Of a stretch of DNA of 64,000 nucleotides, positions 1-12,405 are shown piece after piece. Both the position numbers and the translations under genes were made by a program. Every line of letters starts with the position of its first letter. Positions within the stretch are counted from its first letter, which is position 1. Where the stretch lies: assembly GCA_050273025.1 (NCBI GenBank), contig CP158635.1, positions 18,104,001-18,168,000 of the forward strand. Reading direction: 5' to 3'. Source of the DNA: Cenococcum geophilum. Lineage: Eukaryota. Under the pieces are notes generated by a model. That model made no database searches. It saw only the letters and a list, made by a program, of their open reading frames with translations, and had not been told where the DNA came from.

Positions 1-264
1 TGACAGTACCTCTTCATTCCACGCTCTGAAAGTTGCCTCCATCCGACGCCGCGGAGGAATCCGATGACACAAAAGCCCGGGGTGGCTGAAGAACAACTTT
101 GTTCAGGTCTGCTAAGCCTTAAACTCACGAGTCACGCACGGTCCCCCGTATTCCGCGTCATTTGATAAGACGACTTCCAAGTATCCAAGGCAGCTCTGCG
201 CACTTCTTGCCATCTTCTCAATCAACCCAACACTACATTGAGCTCATCTATAGCGACCTTCATA

Positions 265-883
265 ATGTGCGGCACAGACTGCTTCCTCTGTCTCCTCTCC
301 ATCCTCTTCCCACCTATCGGTGGTACGTAGCTAGAACCCCTCCATCCCACCACGAAACATTAACCGTCCAGCTCCCTCTCCTCATCCCTTCTCCCACAAC
401 CCGCCAAAGCTAACATTCCATCCTCTAGTCTGGGTGAAACGCGGCATCTGTAGCGCTGACTCCTTCATCAACATCGCCCTCTGCTTTCTGGGCTTCCTCC
501 CCGGCCTTCTACACGCCTGGTACATCATCCTGAAATACCCGGACCCCTACGACTACGAGCCAGTCGGCGACCGCGAGAACGCCACCGTCACGTACTACTA
601 CGTGCAGCAAGGCCCCGCGCCGCCGCGTCGCCCTCACCACGGCTACGGCACCGTGAGCAGCCAGCCCGCCGGCGGCCAGTTCCCCGGCCAGCAGAGCGGC
701 ACCGTCAACAGCTTTGCGCAGATGCCCAAGCCGCAGGGCCAGGCGCCCCCTTCGCAGCAGCCATCGCAGCAGCCATCGCAGCAGCCACCGCAGCAAGCGG
801 CGGGGCCGAGCGAGGCGAGGGAGGATGCTCCGCCGACGTATGCGGATGTGATTAGCGGTAATCATAAGGTGCAGTCGCCATAG
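265..883 (+). CDS. Pmp3/RCI2-family small hydrophobic stress protein with Pro/Gln-rich tail (2 exons: 265-322, 429-883)
   Basis: Spliced translation MCGTDCFLCLLSILFPPIGVWVKRGICSADSFINIALCFLGFLPGLLHAWYII matches the Pmp3 pattern; intron GTACGT...CTAAC...CTAG; C-terminal PPTY motif. Confidence 0.9.
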
Positions 884-1106
884 ACACAGACGCATGATAA
901 AAGAGTAGAGCTGGACTGTAAGGAATTACTTGATTGACAAGGCTATTGGCGGCAAGTGTGAGATTATGGGGTATGGGACAAAGGCGTGACGCGGTGGGGG
1001 GCTTTTCTGATGGCTTCAGGCATAGGAACATCAACTCCAAATTCTGTAATGCACATGGCATCTGAATAGTTATTTTATGCTAGTTTTGTACGCGACTGGG
1101 CTGGCT

Positions 1107-2400
1107 TTATTCTTTGCCCCCAAGGTATCTATACACAACTGAGAAATCCCGGCCTTTGCACTTGAGATCGGCTTCCACCTCATCGTAAAGCTGCTTCGCG
1201 GGTTCTCCGAGACTTAGCTTGACGTTGGCTTCTTTCGCGGCTTTTAGTGCTAGCTTGAGATCTTTGTTTGCGAGGGCGATGCCGAAGCCGCCTTCGTACC
1301 CTCTGCTTGCTGGAGAACCTTCGATAACCCCAGGAACGGGATTGTTAACCTCGCTAGGCCAGCATTTGCCTGTGCTGGTGTTGATAATGTTTGCTAGAGC
1401 CTTAGGATCGAGGCCCCAGGTGATGCCCATGTTCATGGCCTCAGCGGTGGCTATGTTGTTTAGAGCCAGGAGGTAGTTGTTTGCGAGTTTACCATGGAGA
1501 CCGGCACCTTGTTCGCCAAGGTGAAGAACCCGACGGCCCATCATCGAGAGGATCTCTGTCACTCGATCAACGAGTTCCGGAGCGGCGCCAATCATGAAAG
1601 TCAGAGTGCCTGCTTGGGCTCCGACAACACCCCCCGACATCGGAGCGTCGACGAACTTTCCTTGGCCAGATGAGTGGACGGCATTGGCAACTTCCCGAGA
1701 CGTCGTTGGGTCAATGGTCGAGCAGTCGATGAAAAGCCTTTCTTTAGCGGTACCATCTTTCAAAAGAGATGGTGGTTGAAGCATAGACCTGTACACTCCC
1801 TGAACATGATGCGGTTCTGGCAGCACGGTGATGACAGCTTCCTAAGCAACCGAATCAGCGAGGTCCCGGCATCAAATATGGCGGACATTTTGATAACCGG
1901 TATAGCTTGCAAGAATTCAGAGGATTGGCTAAAATAAAATAGTGAAATCAGAGGAAGAGTTACAGAAAGTAACTCCCAACTTAGATCATTGATAGAACAT
2001 ACTCATCATGAAAGGACGGGCAGGAAGAATGAGTAAGATTGGAGACATACAGCCTTTTCACCAACTTCTCGCGCACTATCTGCGATTCCCACGCCCTCAG
2101 GGTTCTCTTGGAGGAACTTCTTCGTCGCCTCAAGATTGACGTCTTGGATAATAAGAGTATCGTCAATGGGTAATTTTGCACGGAGATTCTTTGCCATTGG
2201 ATACCCTGGAGTCAGTGTGAGTATAACTAATTGTCGTCATGTGAACTCCGGATATAATACGCACCCATGCGGCCGAGACCTATGAATCCCCATACTGCTT
2301 GTACACTCTGTGAGCTGGAGAAACATCGTCTACAAGTTTGCCTGGCTGTAAGAGTAGCGAGCCGCCTCAAAGGTGAAGCTATCGCTGTCGCTGCTCGCAT
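1107..2400 (-). CDS. 3-hydroxyisobutyrate dehydrogenase, mitochondrial (multi-exon)
   Basis: Arg/Ser-rich presequence MRAATAIASPLRRL..., GFIGLGRMG Rossmann motif, DAPMSGGVVGA and KLANN motifs. Confidence 0.92.
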
Positions 2401-3006
2401 CTCTTCTGGTTCTTTCGAATGTGAGTTGTGGATTTATGTTGATGGCCAAGAGGATCAAGTCATGTGGCCGGAATGTCTCCAGGGTCTCCGCAATTTGGTT
2501 CATCCTGAACCGAGGTCGTGGCAGCAGTCACCTGTCGGAGGCCGCTGGAGCAGTTTTTCGCGGGAAGAGGACCCTTAAAGCCAAGGCTAACGCCATGGCC
2601 GATGAAAACTGTAGTGTGAGTAATTGAAGGTTGATCTGCTAAGGATTTCCCAGATGCAGCTTGGTGGTTTCGGTGTTGAGCTTGAAATTAACTGTTGTCC
2701 CCTGAGAAAAAGCAAGACGAAAATTTGTGCCACCGGAATTAGTTTTCCCCCTTCCACGTGACCTCTACTGGTGAAACATGTAGTTGGAGTGACTGAAAAT
2801 CTAGTTTAATGTAACTATGGTATGCATGAAAAATAGAAGGGATGTAGTGCCGCAGCATATTGTTCTACAATCGAAGAAGTTTCTATTGTACAAGAAATTT
2901 GAGAACCCTTTTTTAAACGCTGCCGCTATGCATAAGACACGTGCTGGAAGCTTATCTACTGGAACATCAGGTATTCTAAATTTCCTTCATTTCCCTTCTC
3001 CACTTA

Positions 3007-4316
3007 TTATGGCCCTTCATGGGCCGTATCACTCCCTCCGTCGTCGACACCCATACGAGCTTCTACCGGAGCTTCTCCCGGAGTTTCCTCAGTCAAATGG
3101 GGGTCTTCAGCTTGGTCATCCGAATCCTCGGATTCATCAACAGCATGCATTTGTCTCCTGGTTAACGGTTTCTTTTTACTGTTTTTGTCGCTGGGGTCTA
3201 TTCGAGGAGCACTGATAGCATCGAGATACTGTTCGTTGGTCATAGATGAATGTAGTTTAGGTGCTGCCGCAGTATTTTGCACGAAAAGTTTCTCACGATA
3301 AGTGGCATATGCTTCAGGTGACTAAGAATCTTAGTGCGGCCTTTTAGAAATTCAAGGACGAAAACAGTACTCACATCTTCATCATGATATCTTAATTTGG
3401 TCCACGGTTCTTCTTGGGCTATACGGAGGAAGTTCTTTGTAGAGGTCATATCCACATTTTCACCATCAGCAGACTTTATCTGTAGCTGAACAGCGCGAGG
3501 TTCGGTTGTGCGAGGAGGTTCGGCCGCTTCTCGCTCGCGGCGACGTGCTGCGTTGTCCTGGTGTGCAAGCGCATCAAGATGGTGGAATTGCGGACGCATC
3601 TGAACGATTCCATTGAGCTTGGTGAGATGTAACTCATCTGTTTCTTGGATTTAGCGGAAGCGAAAAGGTGCGAGGCAGGATAGGGAGTCACACTGCCACG
3701 AAATGTCCCAAGCATGTACCTAGGTTTGCCAGGCTCCTCCTTGAGAACCTGCCCTCCTAGTGTCTGTTTATTCATAACATGACCTTTATCGTTTGCATCA
3801 TCAAATCTGCGTAGGAGATCGTCAATATCATCTTCCGTATCTTCGCCTCCTGGATTCGTAGGACTGGGACGTCCACCAGGCCGACTTCCCACACCTCTCT
3901 GTATAGGTACACGCTCGAACCCAGAAGCAACACCAAAAGAATTCTGGCCATCCTCCTTTGCCTTTCGAAGGGCTTCACCCCATCTAACGCCTTTATGTTT
4001 GTTGTAGTTAAGATGTACATTCATGGGTACGTCGACTTCGATGAAGCCAACTTTGGGTTTAATGCGCATTTCCATGGGTTGCATCCTATTCCTATAGTTG
4101 TATGGCTGGTCTTTGGAACGGTTTAGATATTGTAAGAGGTAAGTCTGCTCCATGAGCTCAGAGGTGATGAAGACATCGTATTCCGCAACGACTGGGTCGT
4201 CGTCTTCCGTATCTACTGCTGCGGCTGTCGCAAAACAAAAAAGTTAGCATTCTTGGGAATTTCATGAATTTTAAGCCCTGAGATTCAGGGCAAGATAGTA
4301 TGTTCTTACGAGCCAT
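3007..4316 (-). CDS. RPC37: RNA polymerase III subunit Rpc5/Rpc37 (Sin_N domain), multi-exon
   Basis: DDPVVAEYDVFIT...YLLQY, RIKPKVGFIEVDVP, QMRPQFHHLDA, QEEPWTKLRYHD segments across exons. Confidence 0.85.
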
Positions 4317-4487
4317 GGTGGTTGTGTGTTGATGAAGTTGATATTCTCAAAAAAAAAAGTTCAAGGCTGCCCCACCATACCACGTCCAAGTCACGTCTGA
4401 AATTCGCGTTCCAAGCTCTCGGCTTTAATGACATGAATACCTCCGAAGATAACCCTCAGTGTAGAGCTGTAGAAGGCTCCTATAATC

Positions 4488-7400
4488 ATGGCATATCTAG
4501 CTCCCATCCACCGGCCAAGCAGCGTGCGCCATGCGCTCAAGTTGAACTTCCTGATTGCGGAGGAAGATTGCCTTGTAGTTGCGTAAGCAGTGATAGAAGG
4601 CTAGACGGCTTCAGTATGCTAATACGGATATTTTACTCAGGAAAGCCAACCGCCTGGAATTCTACTCCCAAAATTCCGATGGTTTATCTCTTCAGCATTC
4701 AAAAGCCATCTATGGCAAAGTTACGATGCTCCAGAAGCTCCGCCCAGCTGCGTCAACCACAGACCACCTCTTCGTAGGGACAGATAGATTCGTCTACTTT
4801 ACATTATCTTGGGACCCAGAGAGCAGGCAATTACGGACAGAGAAGAAGTTCGAAAGTGTGGCCGATAAGGCTGCCCGAGAATCTCAGACTGGAGAGAGAT
4901 GCCTTATCGATCCGACTGGAAGATTTATGACTCTCGAGCTGTATGAAGGAATCATAACTGTTGTACCCCTCATACAGAAAGGCAAGAAGAAAAAACAGGA
5001 TATGGAAATTGGGAATGTGGGAGAGCCAGTGCCAACAAGGATAACGGAAATGTTCGTTCGGTCGTCAGCCTTTCTACATCCAAGGTCAACCCAGATAGAG
5101 AAGCCGAAGCTCGCCCTCCTGTATGAGGACTTGCATTCTAAAATTCGATTAAAATTACGGCAGCTTGCATTTTCAGCCGGAGTGGGAAGCGGAGATGCTG
5201 TTGAGCTCGAAGATGTGGAAGGGTTGCGAGAAGAGCTGGAGCTTGGAGCGAGTCACCTAATCCCAATCTCAGAGCCTGCATGTAAGATAAGTTTCAAGAC
5301 TACAGTTATATTCTACGATTTCTAATGAGCAATAGATGGTCTACTAATACTGGGAGAAACGTCGATTACATATTACGACGATTCAACTAATGAGGTGCAT
5401 ATGCAGCCGCTCGAGGAAGCTACCATTTTTGTCGCCTGGGAACGTGTGGACAGCCAACGATTTGTTTTGGCTGATGATTACGGCAGGCTATACTTATTAA
5501 TGTTGGTCATGGATGGCAGCACCGTTCAAGACTGGAAGCTGGACATAATTGGACAAACATCTCGAGCCTCAGTGCTCATATATCTAGATGCGGGGCAAAT
5601 ATTTGTCGGATCTCATCAAGGAGATTCGCAGGTCATCAGAATCACCGAGAAGTCTATGGAGATTATTCAAACCTTTGCTAATATAGCTCCTATTCTCGAC
5701 TTTACCATAATGGACATGGGCAATAGATCAGGCGAAGGCCAGAGTAACGAATATTCATCTGGCCAAGCTCGTATCGTAACGGGCAGCGGAGCTTATCAAG
5801 ACGGCAGTCTGCGAAGTGTCCGGAGTGGCGTGGGCCTGGAAGATCTTGGAGTACTAGGTGAAATGGAACACATCTCGAATCTGTTCAGTCTCAAGTCTAA
5901 CCCTTCCTCTGAATATGTGGATACGCTGCTAGTAACCTTCGTGAACGAGTCCCGCGTTTTCCGTTTTGACTCAGATGGAGAGGTTGAAGAGGTGGAGGAG
6001 TTTAAGGGAATGATCTTATCCGAGAACACACTGCTGGCCGCCAATATACCTCAAGCGCGACTGTTACAGGTCACTAGTTCTCGTGTCCAAGTGACAGACT
6101 TAGACAGTGGCATGGTTAGTTCTGAATGGACACCATCGAATAATCAAGCTATTACCGCGGCCTCCGCGAACGACAGCAATATTTTCATTTCCCTTGGTGG
6201 TGTCGGTTTGGTTGTATTGGATATTAATGATGGCATCAAAATGGTCACCGGGAAAGTATATGGTGTAGAGAGCCAGGTCGCTTGTATTGCCCTTCCACCA
6301 GCTCCTGAGACGATTTGCTTTGTCGGATTTTGGCAGAACTCTGCGGTTTCAGTGCTTGATCTGATGACACTTAAAAGTATAAACACAGTCACTGTTGCGG
6401 ACGGTTCTGTTCCCAGATCACTGCTTCTCACGAAAATTTTCGAAAACAAGCCACCGACCTTGTTTATCGCAATGGCTGATGGAAACGTCGTTACCTTTGC
6501 AATGGATCCACAAACACACGAACTCTCGGGAAAGAAAAGCATTGTTCTTGGAACACAGCAAGCGACTTTTCGCGCTCTACCAAGAGGAGACGGTCTCTTC
6601 AATGTGTTAGCTACTTGTGAGCATCCCAGTCTAATATACGGTTCGGAAGGCCGGATTATTTACTCTGCGGTCACCGCGGAGAAAGCAACATCCGTCTGCT
6701 CATTTGACTCTGAGTCTTATCCCGGCGCTATTGCAATCGCAACATCAGAAGATCTCAGAATTGCATTAGTGGATGCAGAGAGGACAACACATGTACAGAC
6801 ATTGCTGGTCAATGAAACTGTACGGCGGATAGCCTACTCGCCAAGTCTAAAGGCTTTCGGTATGGGTACTATCAAGCGGATATTAAAGGGCGGAGTTGAG
6901 ATCATGCAAAGCCACTTCAAACTCGCTGATGAAATCCTGTTCAAGGAACTCGATACGTATCCTCTGAATGAAGATGAACTAGTTGAGAGCGTTATGCGCT
7001 GCGAGCTAGATGACGGCACTGGTTCTCTTGCTGAACGATTCGTTGTGGGGACTGCATATCTCGAAGACGAGCCGGCGGCAGCTGAACGGGGGCGCATAAT
7101 AATCCTAGAAGTAACTGAAGATAGGATGCTAAAGCTGGTTACGGAACTCTCCCTCAAAGGCGGATGTAGGTGTCTTGCTATGGTAGAGGGGAAAATTGTA
7201 GCTGCGCTCATTAAGACCGTAAGTTCAGCATTCTTAATTACCAAAATTAAACACACATGTAACAATCACATTAGGTCGTCATATATTCCTTCGAATACTC
7301 AACTCCCAGCCCTCCAAGCCTCACCAAGTGTGTCAGCTTCCGCACATCCACAGCGCCTATCGACGTCACTGTCAACGGCGACACCATTGTTGTCGCCGAT

Positions 7401-8104
7401 CTTATGAAGAGTGTATCCGTAGTACAGTATAAGCGCGGTGGGGCTGGTCTACCAGACACACTTACCGAAATTGCTCGACATTTCCAGACAACTTGGGGCA
7501 CCGCTGTTGCTGAGGTTGCGGAGAACACGTACCTAGAGAGCGACGCTGAAGGGAATCTGATGGTGCTCTACCGTGATACGAATGGCGTCACCGACGATGA
7601 CAAACGGAGGTTGCAGATAAGTAGCGAGATGTTGCTTGGTGAAATGGCGAATCGTATTCGGAGAATTGAAGTCCTTACGGCTCCGGATGCGGCTGTTATT
7701 CCTAGGGCTTTCATTGCAACTGTGAGTTTCCTACACTGTTTTCGCCGGCCGGACCCCAGCATATACACTACGTGAGGAATTGTGACTGATACATCGCGCA
7801 ATAGGTTGAAGGATCTCTCTACCTCTTCGCGCTCATCACGCCATCAAAACAAAATCTCCTCATTACCCTCCAATCGAACTTGGCCGAACTCGTCAAGAGT
7901 CCCGGGGATGTGCCGTTCAACAAGTATCGCGCGTTCAAAAACCAAGTGCGGGAGTCGGATGAGCCGAATAGATTTGTAGATGGGGATCTCATTGAGCGGT
8001 TCTTAGACTGCACTGCAGAGGTGCAGGAGAAGGTGGTAGAGGGCTTGGGTGTTGATGTAGAGGAGGTAAGGAGCATGGTGGAAGCGCTAAGAAGGTTGCA
8101 TTGA
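4488..8104 (+). CDS. DDB1: DNA damage-binding protein 1 (CUL4 adaptor), multi-exon
   Basis: MAYLAPIHRPSSVRHA start, FVGSHQGDSQ, NIAPILDF, GAYQDGSLRSVRSGVG, C-terminal FVDGDLIERFLD. Confidence 0.95.
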
Positions 8105-8633
8105 GTATAAGGGGCGATGGGGTTGTGGGCAAAATGGTGGATTTCAGCATTTGTTATTGAGTGGTAATCTAAGGATTTTGCCGGAGCATCCACGTTTAAG
8201 ATGGAAATATAATGTCGATGCATTCCAGGCGTGGTGTTTTTAGTGTGGCTCCTGCCTTCAAGGGCTATACAGTCGCTTCAGAAAAGGATGGTCATATGTC
8301 ATAAACCATGATCAGCTACACTTTTCTATACTCGGGTATAATACTACCTATTAGGCGTAGATAAACTTCTACCCCATTTATCCCCGTTTTCTATTAGCCT
8401 TTATACTATTTCTTCCTATAATTGCTATTAGTATAGAAGTGTTAGGCGGTATCTAATTAGCCTAGGAGTTCGTAGGTTTATAGAAGTTAGTAGAAGTTAG
8501 TAGGAGTTAAAAAGAATACAAATTAGTTATATTTTAACCGACAACAGGTATATATAGAAGAGTAACGTACGTCAGGAAAACGGGAGGTGGCGCACGAAAT
8601 TTGGTTTCGCTAAAAGTGATTTTGGGGCCCGGG

Positions 8634-8764
8634 GCCAGCTTTCCGCCATATTAGCTGACCCCCCAGAGCTATACGCCAGCTTTCTGCCATATTAGCTAAC
8701 CCCCCAGAGCTATACGCTAGCTTTTAGCCATATTAGCTGACCCCCTAGAGCTATACGCTAGCTT
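8634..8764. repeat. 41-bp tandem repeat, ~3.2 copies
   Basis: Units start at 8634, 8675, 8716, 8757 (GCYAGCTTTYNGCCATATTAGCTRACCCCCYAGAGCTATAC); variants mostly C>T/G>A. Confidence 0.95.
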
Positions 8765-9058
8765 ATAGCTATAAAATAAATATTGTTACTATTATTATAT
8801 TTATTGCTATTAGGGTATTAAAATCCTAAAGGCCTCCTGGTAGGCTTTAAACAGGCTCTAAGCAGGCTCTGGTAGGACTTTAATTTTCCTAATTATTTAA
8901 ATTATCCTAAGTACCATCGGGTCCCCGCTATATTCCCGATAGCCTCGACACGTGTCTTTACATACCCCTTGTACACCTAAATGCCACCTTATTTTTTTAC
9001 CCTTTCTTACATCCTCCCTACCTAGGGAGGCACCAAAACGATAGCTAGCAGACTGTGA

Positions 9059-9120
9059 CCAGAACCAGACGACCGTCGCCAGAACCAGACGACCGTCGCC
9101 AGAACCAGACGACAACGACC
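9059..9120. repeat. 20-bp tandem repeat, ~3 copies
   Basis: CCAGAACCAGACGACCGTCG x2 plus a variant third unit. Confidence 0.95.
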
Positions 9121-9461
9121 AGCCAGCGAACACCACGAACAATTCAATCGATCGATCGATCGAATCGAACCAGAGCCTCGATACAGCCTGTTACCGAATC
9201 AAATCGGATCAAGGCCTCCTAGGGAGGCACCCTAGATGACCACTGTTTGAACCAACTCCTCCCCTAAATTGAATTAGACACTAACACAGGCAGGCCCTAG
9301 GCCTAGTTAGGAAATCGGTACACGACCGGCAGATTATCGGGAATACCGTAATCGACTATTTGGAGCCTCTACGTGAGGTTCCCCCCTGCTCCTCAATTAA
9401 TCGCTCGAAGCCTGAGCGGTAGTCTCCCTAAAAAGACGTAGAGCTCCTATAACAGACACAG

Positions 9462-9733
9462 GCAGGCAGGCAGGCAGGTAGGTAGGTAGGTACGCAGGTA
9501 CGCAGGTACGCAGGTACGCAGGCAGGTATGTAGGTACGCAGGCAGGTACGTAGGTACGCAGGTACGTAGGCAGGTACGCAGGTAGGTACGCAGGTAGGTA
9601 CGTAGGTACGTAGGCAGGTACGTAGGTAGGTACGCAGGTACGCAGGCAGGTACGCAGGCAGGTACGCAGGTAGGTACGTAGGCAGGTAGACAGGTACGCA
9701 GATACGCAGGCAGGTAGACAGGCAGGTAAATAG
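9462..9733. repeat. Compound tetranucleotide satellite (GCAG/GTAG/GTAC)
   Basis: In-phase mosaic of G-Y-A-S tetramers over ~270 bp. Confidence 0.97.
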
Positions 9734-10217
9734 GCATTAGACCTAGTTAGGAAATCAGCATACGGGTAGCGGATTATTTAGACTAGCCAATTAACGATTT
9801 AGAGCCTCTGCGAAAGGCTCCCCCCTTTAACTGCTATTAATTTAATTTTAAAAAATTTAATTTTATAAATATTATGGCTATAAGAAATATTATAAATATT
9901 GCAGTTATAGGAAATATTATAAATATTATAACTATTAGATACAAAGTGGCTAAAGTAGCTAAAGTAGCTAAAGTGGCCCTGGGCTAGCGTAAAGAAGTGT
10001 ACATGAGCAGATCAGCGGATCCAGCTAAAATGACCCCGGGCCAGCCCCGGGCTAGCCCCTGGCTAGCCCCTACCACTCTCCCGTTTTCCTGACGTATCTT
10101 AGGTTCTATATACACACAGGTAATCTAATTAGCCTAGGGGTTTATAGGAATTTATAGGAATTTATAGGAGGTTATAGGACTTAATAAGTAATTAGAATAG
10201 GCGTAATATAGTAGTAA

Positions 10218-10360
10218 TACCCCTTGACACGGCAGGGTCCTTTGCCAAGTTCGCTTGTATTGACGACTGGATTCAATTGGATATTTATATTAACCCAGCT
10301 TTTCCGATTGGTTGATTCTTATCGATAACATAAGGACCCAAATTGCCGTGTCAAGGGATA
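10218..10360. mobile_element. 143-bp MITE, CCC...GGG family (copy 1 of a near-identical pair)
   Basis: TIR CCCTTGACACGGCA / TGCCGTGTCAAGGG; reverse complement of 37868-38010 with 3 differences by eye. Confidence 0.93.
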
Positions 10361-10937
10361 GGTAGTATATAGATTTTTTTTAAAAACGCGTTTAAGGGTT
10401 TATGCGCTATATCTTATACCTTTAACTATATTATAATTAGCTTTTATATATATAGAATTAAAGACAATTACTTAAAGATTAAAATATATTAAGTAAAGCG
10501 TTAATAACTATTAGTAGGGCCTCTATAGAGCTATTTAAAGTTAAAATACGCGATTTAAAATATTTTGTTACTACTAAAGCGACGCCTACAAGCTTTTAGA
10601 AGATTTATAGGTAATAGGGGGTGTACAGGGAACTAAAGTTAGTGCGCTATTCTAATTGGCTTAGGAGTTTGCAGGAGTTTTTTAGCGTCTGTGCATCTTT
10701 GTGTCACTTGAATCTTCTGGATTTATGAGATAAGCACACAAAGCATTTCCTGTGCCACTCTTGAGCCGTGATTGTCCAAAGTTTTGAATCGTGAACTTCG
10801 AATGCTTGTCATAAAGAAGACATAGGTAGTTGTGAACCCTCCGTTTACCAACGTGAATGGATAAGTACCAAAAGAAAATCGCCAAAATCGTCAAAAAATT
10901 CCCATCCGTGTTCTCAGCTAGACGATGAGCCCGGACA

Positions 10938-11666
10938 TTAGCGAATTGTGCACTTGGCGGCAAGCTCTCCTAGCCTCTCATCGTTAAAGTCCTCTACGGC
11001 AGGACCTCTGTTAGCTTGGCTGCGCATTGGACCAGCAAGCTCAGCATTAACCCAATTCCTCTCGTCTTCGTCAAGATTTGCCCACGTCCATTTCAGCTCG
11101 CACTGCGCGGGGGCTTCCTCAACGATATGGCGGATATAGTCTTTAATAAACGGTAGGTAGACTTGTTCCTCATCAGAGGTGATGCACATGGTGAATGCGA
11201 TGACGATCTTAAGCATTTTGAGATTCGTCAAGTGTTTTATGAAGCTCCAGGGAGAGTGGAAGATGATGGAGGAAAAGTCTCCACGGAGAAGGACTGTTAA
11301 TATGTGGAAATGTCTAAAAGAAGGATGCGGAGACTCATAGGAACTGAACAAGCCAGGTTCCTCGCTATTGTGTAAAATTCGAAAAGAGTTCTTCCCATAG
11401 AGAATTTCAATTCCTTCATTATAAACTTGATGGCAAGTGCGCAGGATATTAGTGCCAAGGCTAGTGCGAGGGTTTGCTGTCCTTGCTTTATTTCGCCCGC
11501 TTTTGCGATACGAAAATCGTACTCGTGGCTCATAATCATCATTCCAGCTCGTCAAGTCGATCGCTTTGGTGTTTACTAAAGAGCATTCGTAAATCATATC
11601 CCGGAGTTCGCGAGGGAGATCGAGGAAACACATCGGCGTAGCATTCTCATCATGATTGTCTGACAT
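10938..11666 (-). CDS. Hypothetical protein with F-box-like N-terminal motif
   Basis: CFLDLPRELRDMIYECSL and ILRTCHQVYNEGIEILYGKNSF motifs typical of fungal F-box-like/2EXR-type proteins; first ATG at 11666. Confidence 0.7.
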   Translation of the reverse strand: MSDNHDENATPMCFLDLPRELRDMIYECSLVNTKAIDLTSWNDDYEPRVRFSYRKSGRNKARTANPRTSLGTNILRTCHQVYNEGIEILYGKNSFRILHNSEEPGLFSSYESPHPSFRHFHILTVLLRGDFSSIIFHSPWSFIKHLTNLKMLKIVIAFTMCITSDEEQVYLPFIKDYIRHIVEEAPAQCELKWTWANLDEDERNWVNAELAGPMRSQANRGPAVEDFNDERLGELAAKCTIR

Positions 11667-11780
11667 GGTGAAAGGATGGGGTGAGGTTTCATGATCGCCG
11701 CAAGTCGATTCCACATCGGAATGGTTTAAACCTTAAGCGCATGAAGAACCCCTCGAATTAATAAAGCCTGCAGGTAGAAT

Positions 11781-11999
11781 TATCCCTTAACCCGCTGACT
11801 AGCCTATGTAGATTTAATTAATACAATACCATCAACTATGCCTTCTAATAGTACTTCTAATGATGTAGACCTTATTCAGCCGACTTAATATAATGTTCAA
11901 CCAAATCGAGTTGCTAAAAACTATTTAGCAAATACTAACGGCTTCATACTCCCAATCACGACGGTTTGATTGTATTGAATTTTGGCGGGTTCAGGGATA
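11781..11999 (+). mobile_element. Internally deleted CCC...GGG family element carrying a remnant ORF start
   Basis: TIR TATCCCTTAACCCGC / GCGGGTTCAGGGATA; ATG at 11838 reads MPSNSTSNDVDLIQPT*. Confidence 0.8.
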
Positions 12000-12405
12000 G
12001 AAGTCTGTCCCACCTTGTGCACGGTCCCACCTCGTGCACAGCACCAAAATACGTCTTTTTAAAATACTTATATCTTAATAACCATGATAGCTATTTATAT
12101 AAAATTGTAAATATGGCTTATAAAATAGTAATAAAAGCTTTTTATGAAATAAAAATATAAAAATAATATAATTTATAGTATAATATGAAAGAAAATCACT
12201 TTTCTACAGGTTAAAAAATAAAAAGTATTGTGTAAGGTCTAATTTTAAATATTTTATTTTATAAAAAGCTTTTTTTACTATTTGATAAACTATATTTTTA
12301 TTTTATATGAATAGCTATTATGGTTATTAAGATATAAGCATTTTAGAAAGACGTATTTTGCATAATTTTGGTGCCGTGCACGAGGTGGGACCGTGCAGAC
12401 TTCTA
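11998..12405. mobile_element. Fold-back MITE (~408 bp) with ~160-bp imperfect TIRs, TA-flanked
   Basis: TAGAAGTCTG...CAGACTTCTA ends; TGCACGGTCCCACCTCGTGCAC and long AT-rich arms inverted at both ends. Confidence 0.88.

Larger units (their letters stand above)
8568..10096. mobile_element. Non-autonomous TIR DNA element (~1.5 kb, TA-flanked, Tc1/mariner-pogo type) filled with tandem repeats
   Basis: Perfect 19-nt inverted match TACGTCAGGAAAACGGGAG (8568-8586) / CTCCCGTTTTCCTGACGTA (10078-10096); no transposase ORF inside. Confidence 0.8.

Noticed and set aside
5796..7801. Long antisense ORFs over DDB1 (and likewise over GCP4, ELP4, OPI10 and others)
   Set aside because: Shadow frames of real genes with no independent motifs.
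8634..8764. 41-bp repeats as a CRISPR array
   Set aside because: Head-to-tail units with no unique spacers, no cas genes, eukaryotic context.
9447..9737. 96-aa ORF of PAYL/PTYL/RTCL repeats
   Set aside because: Translation artefact of the tetranucleotide satellite.
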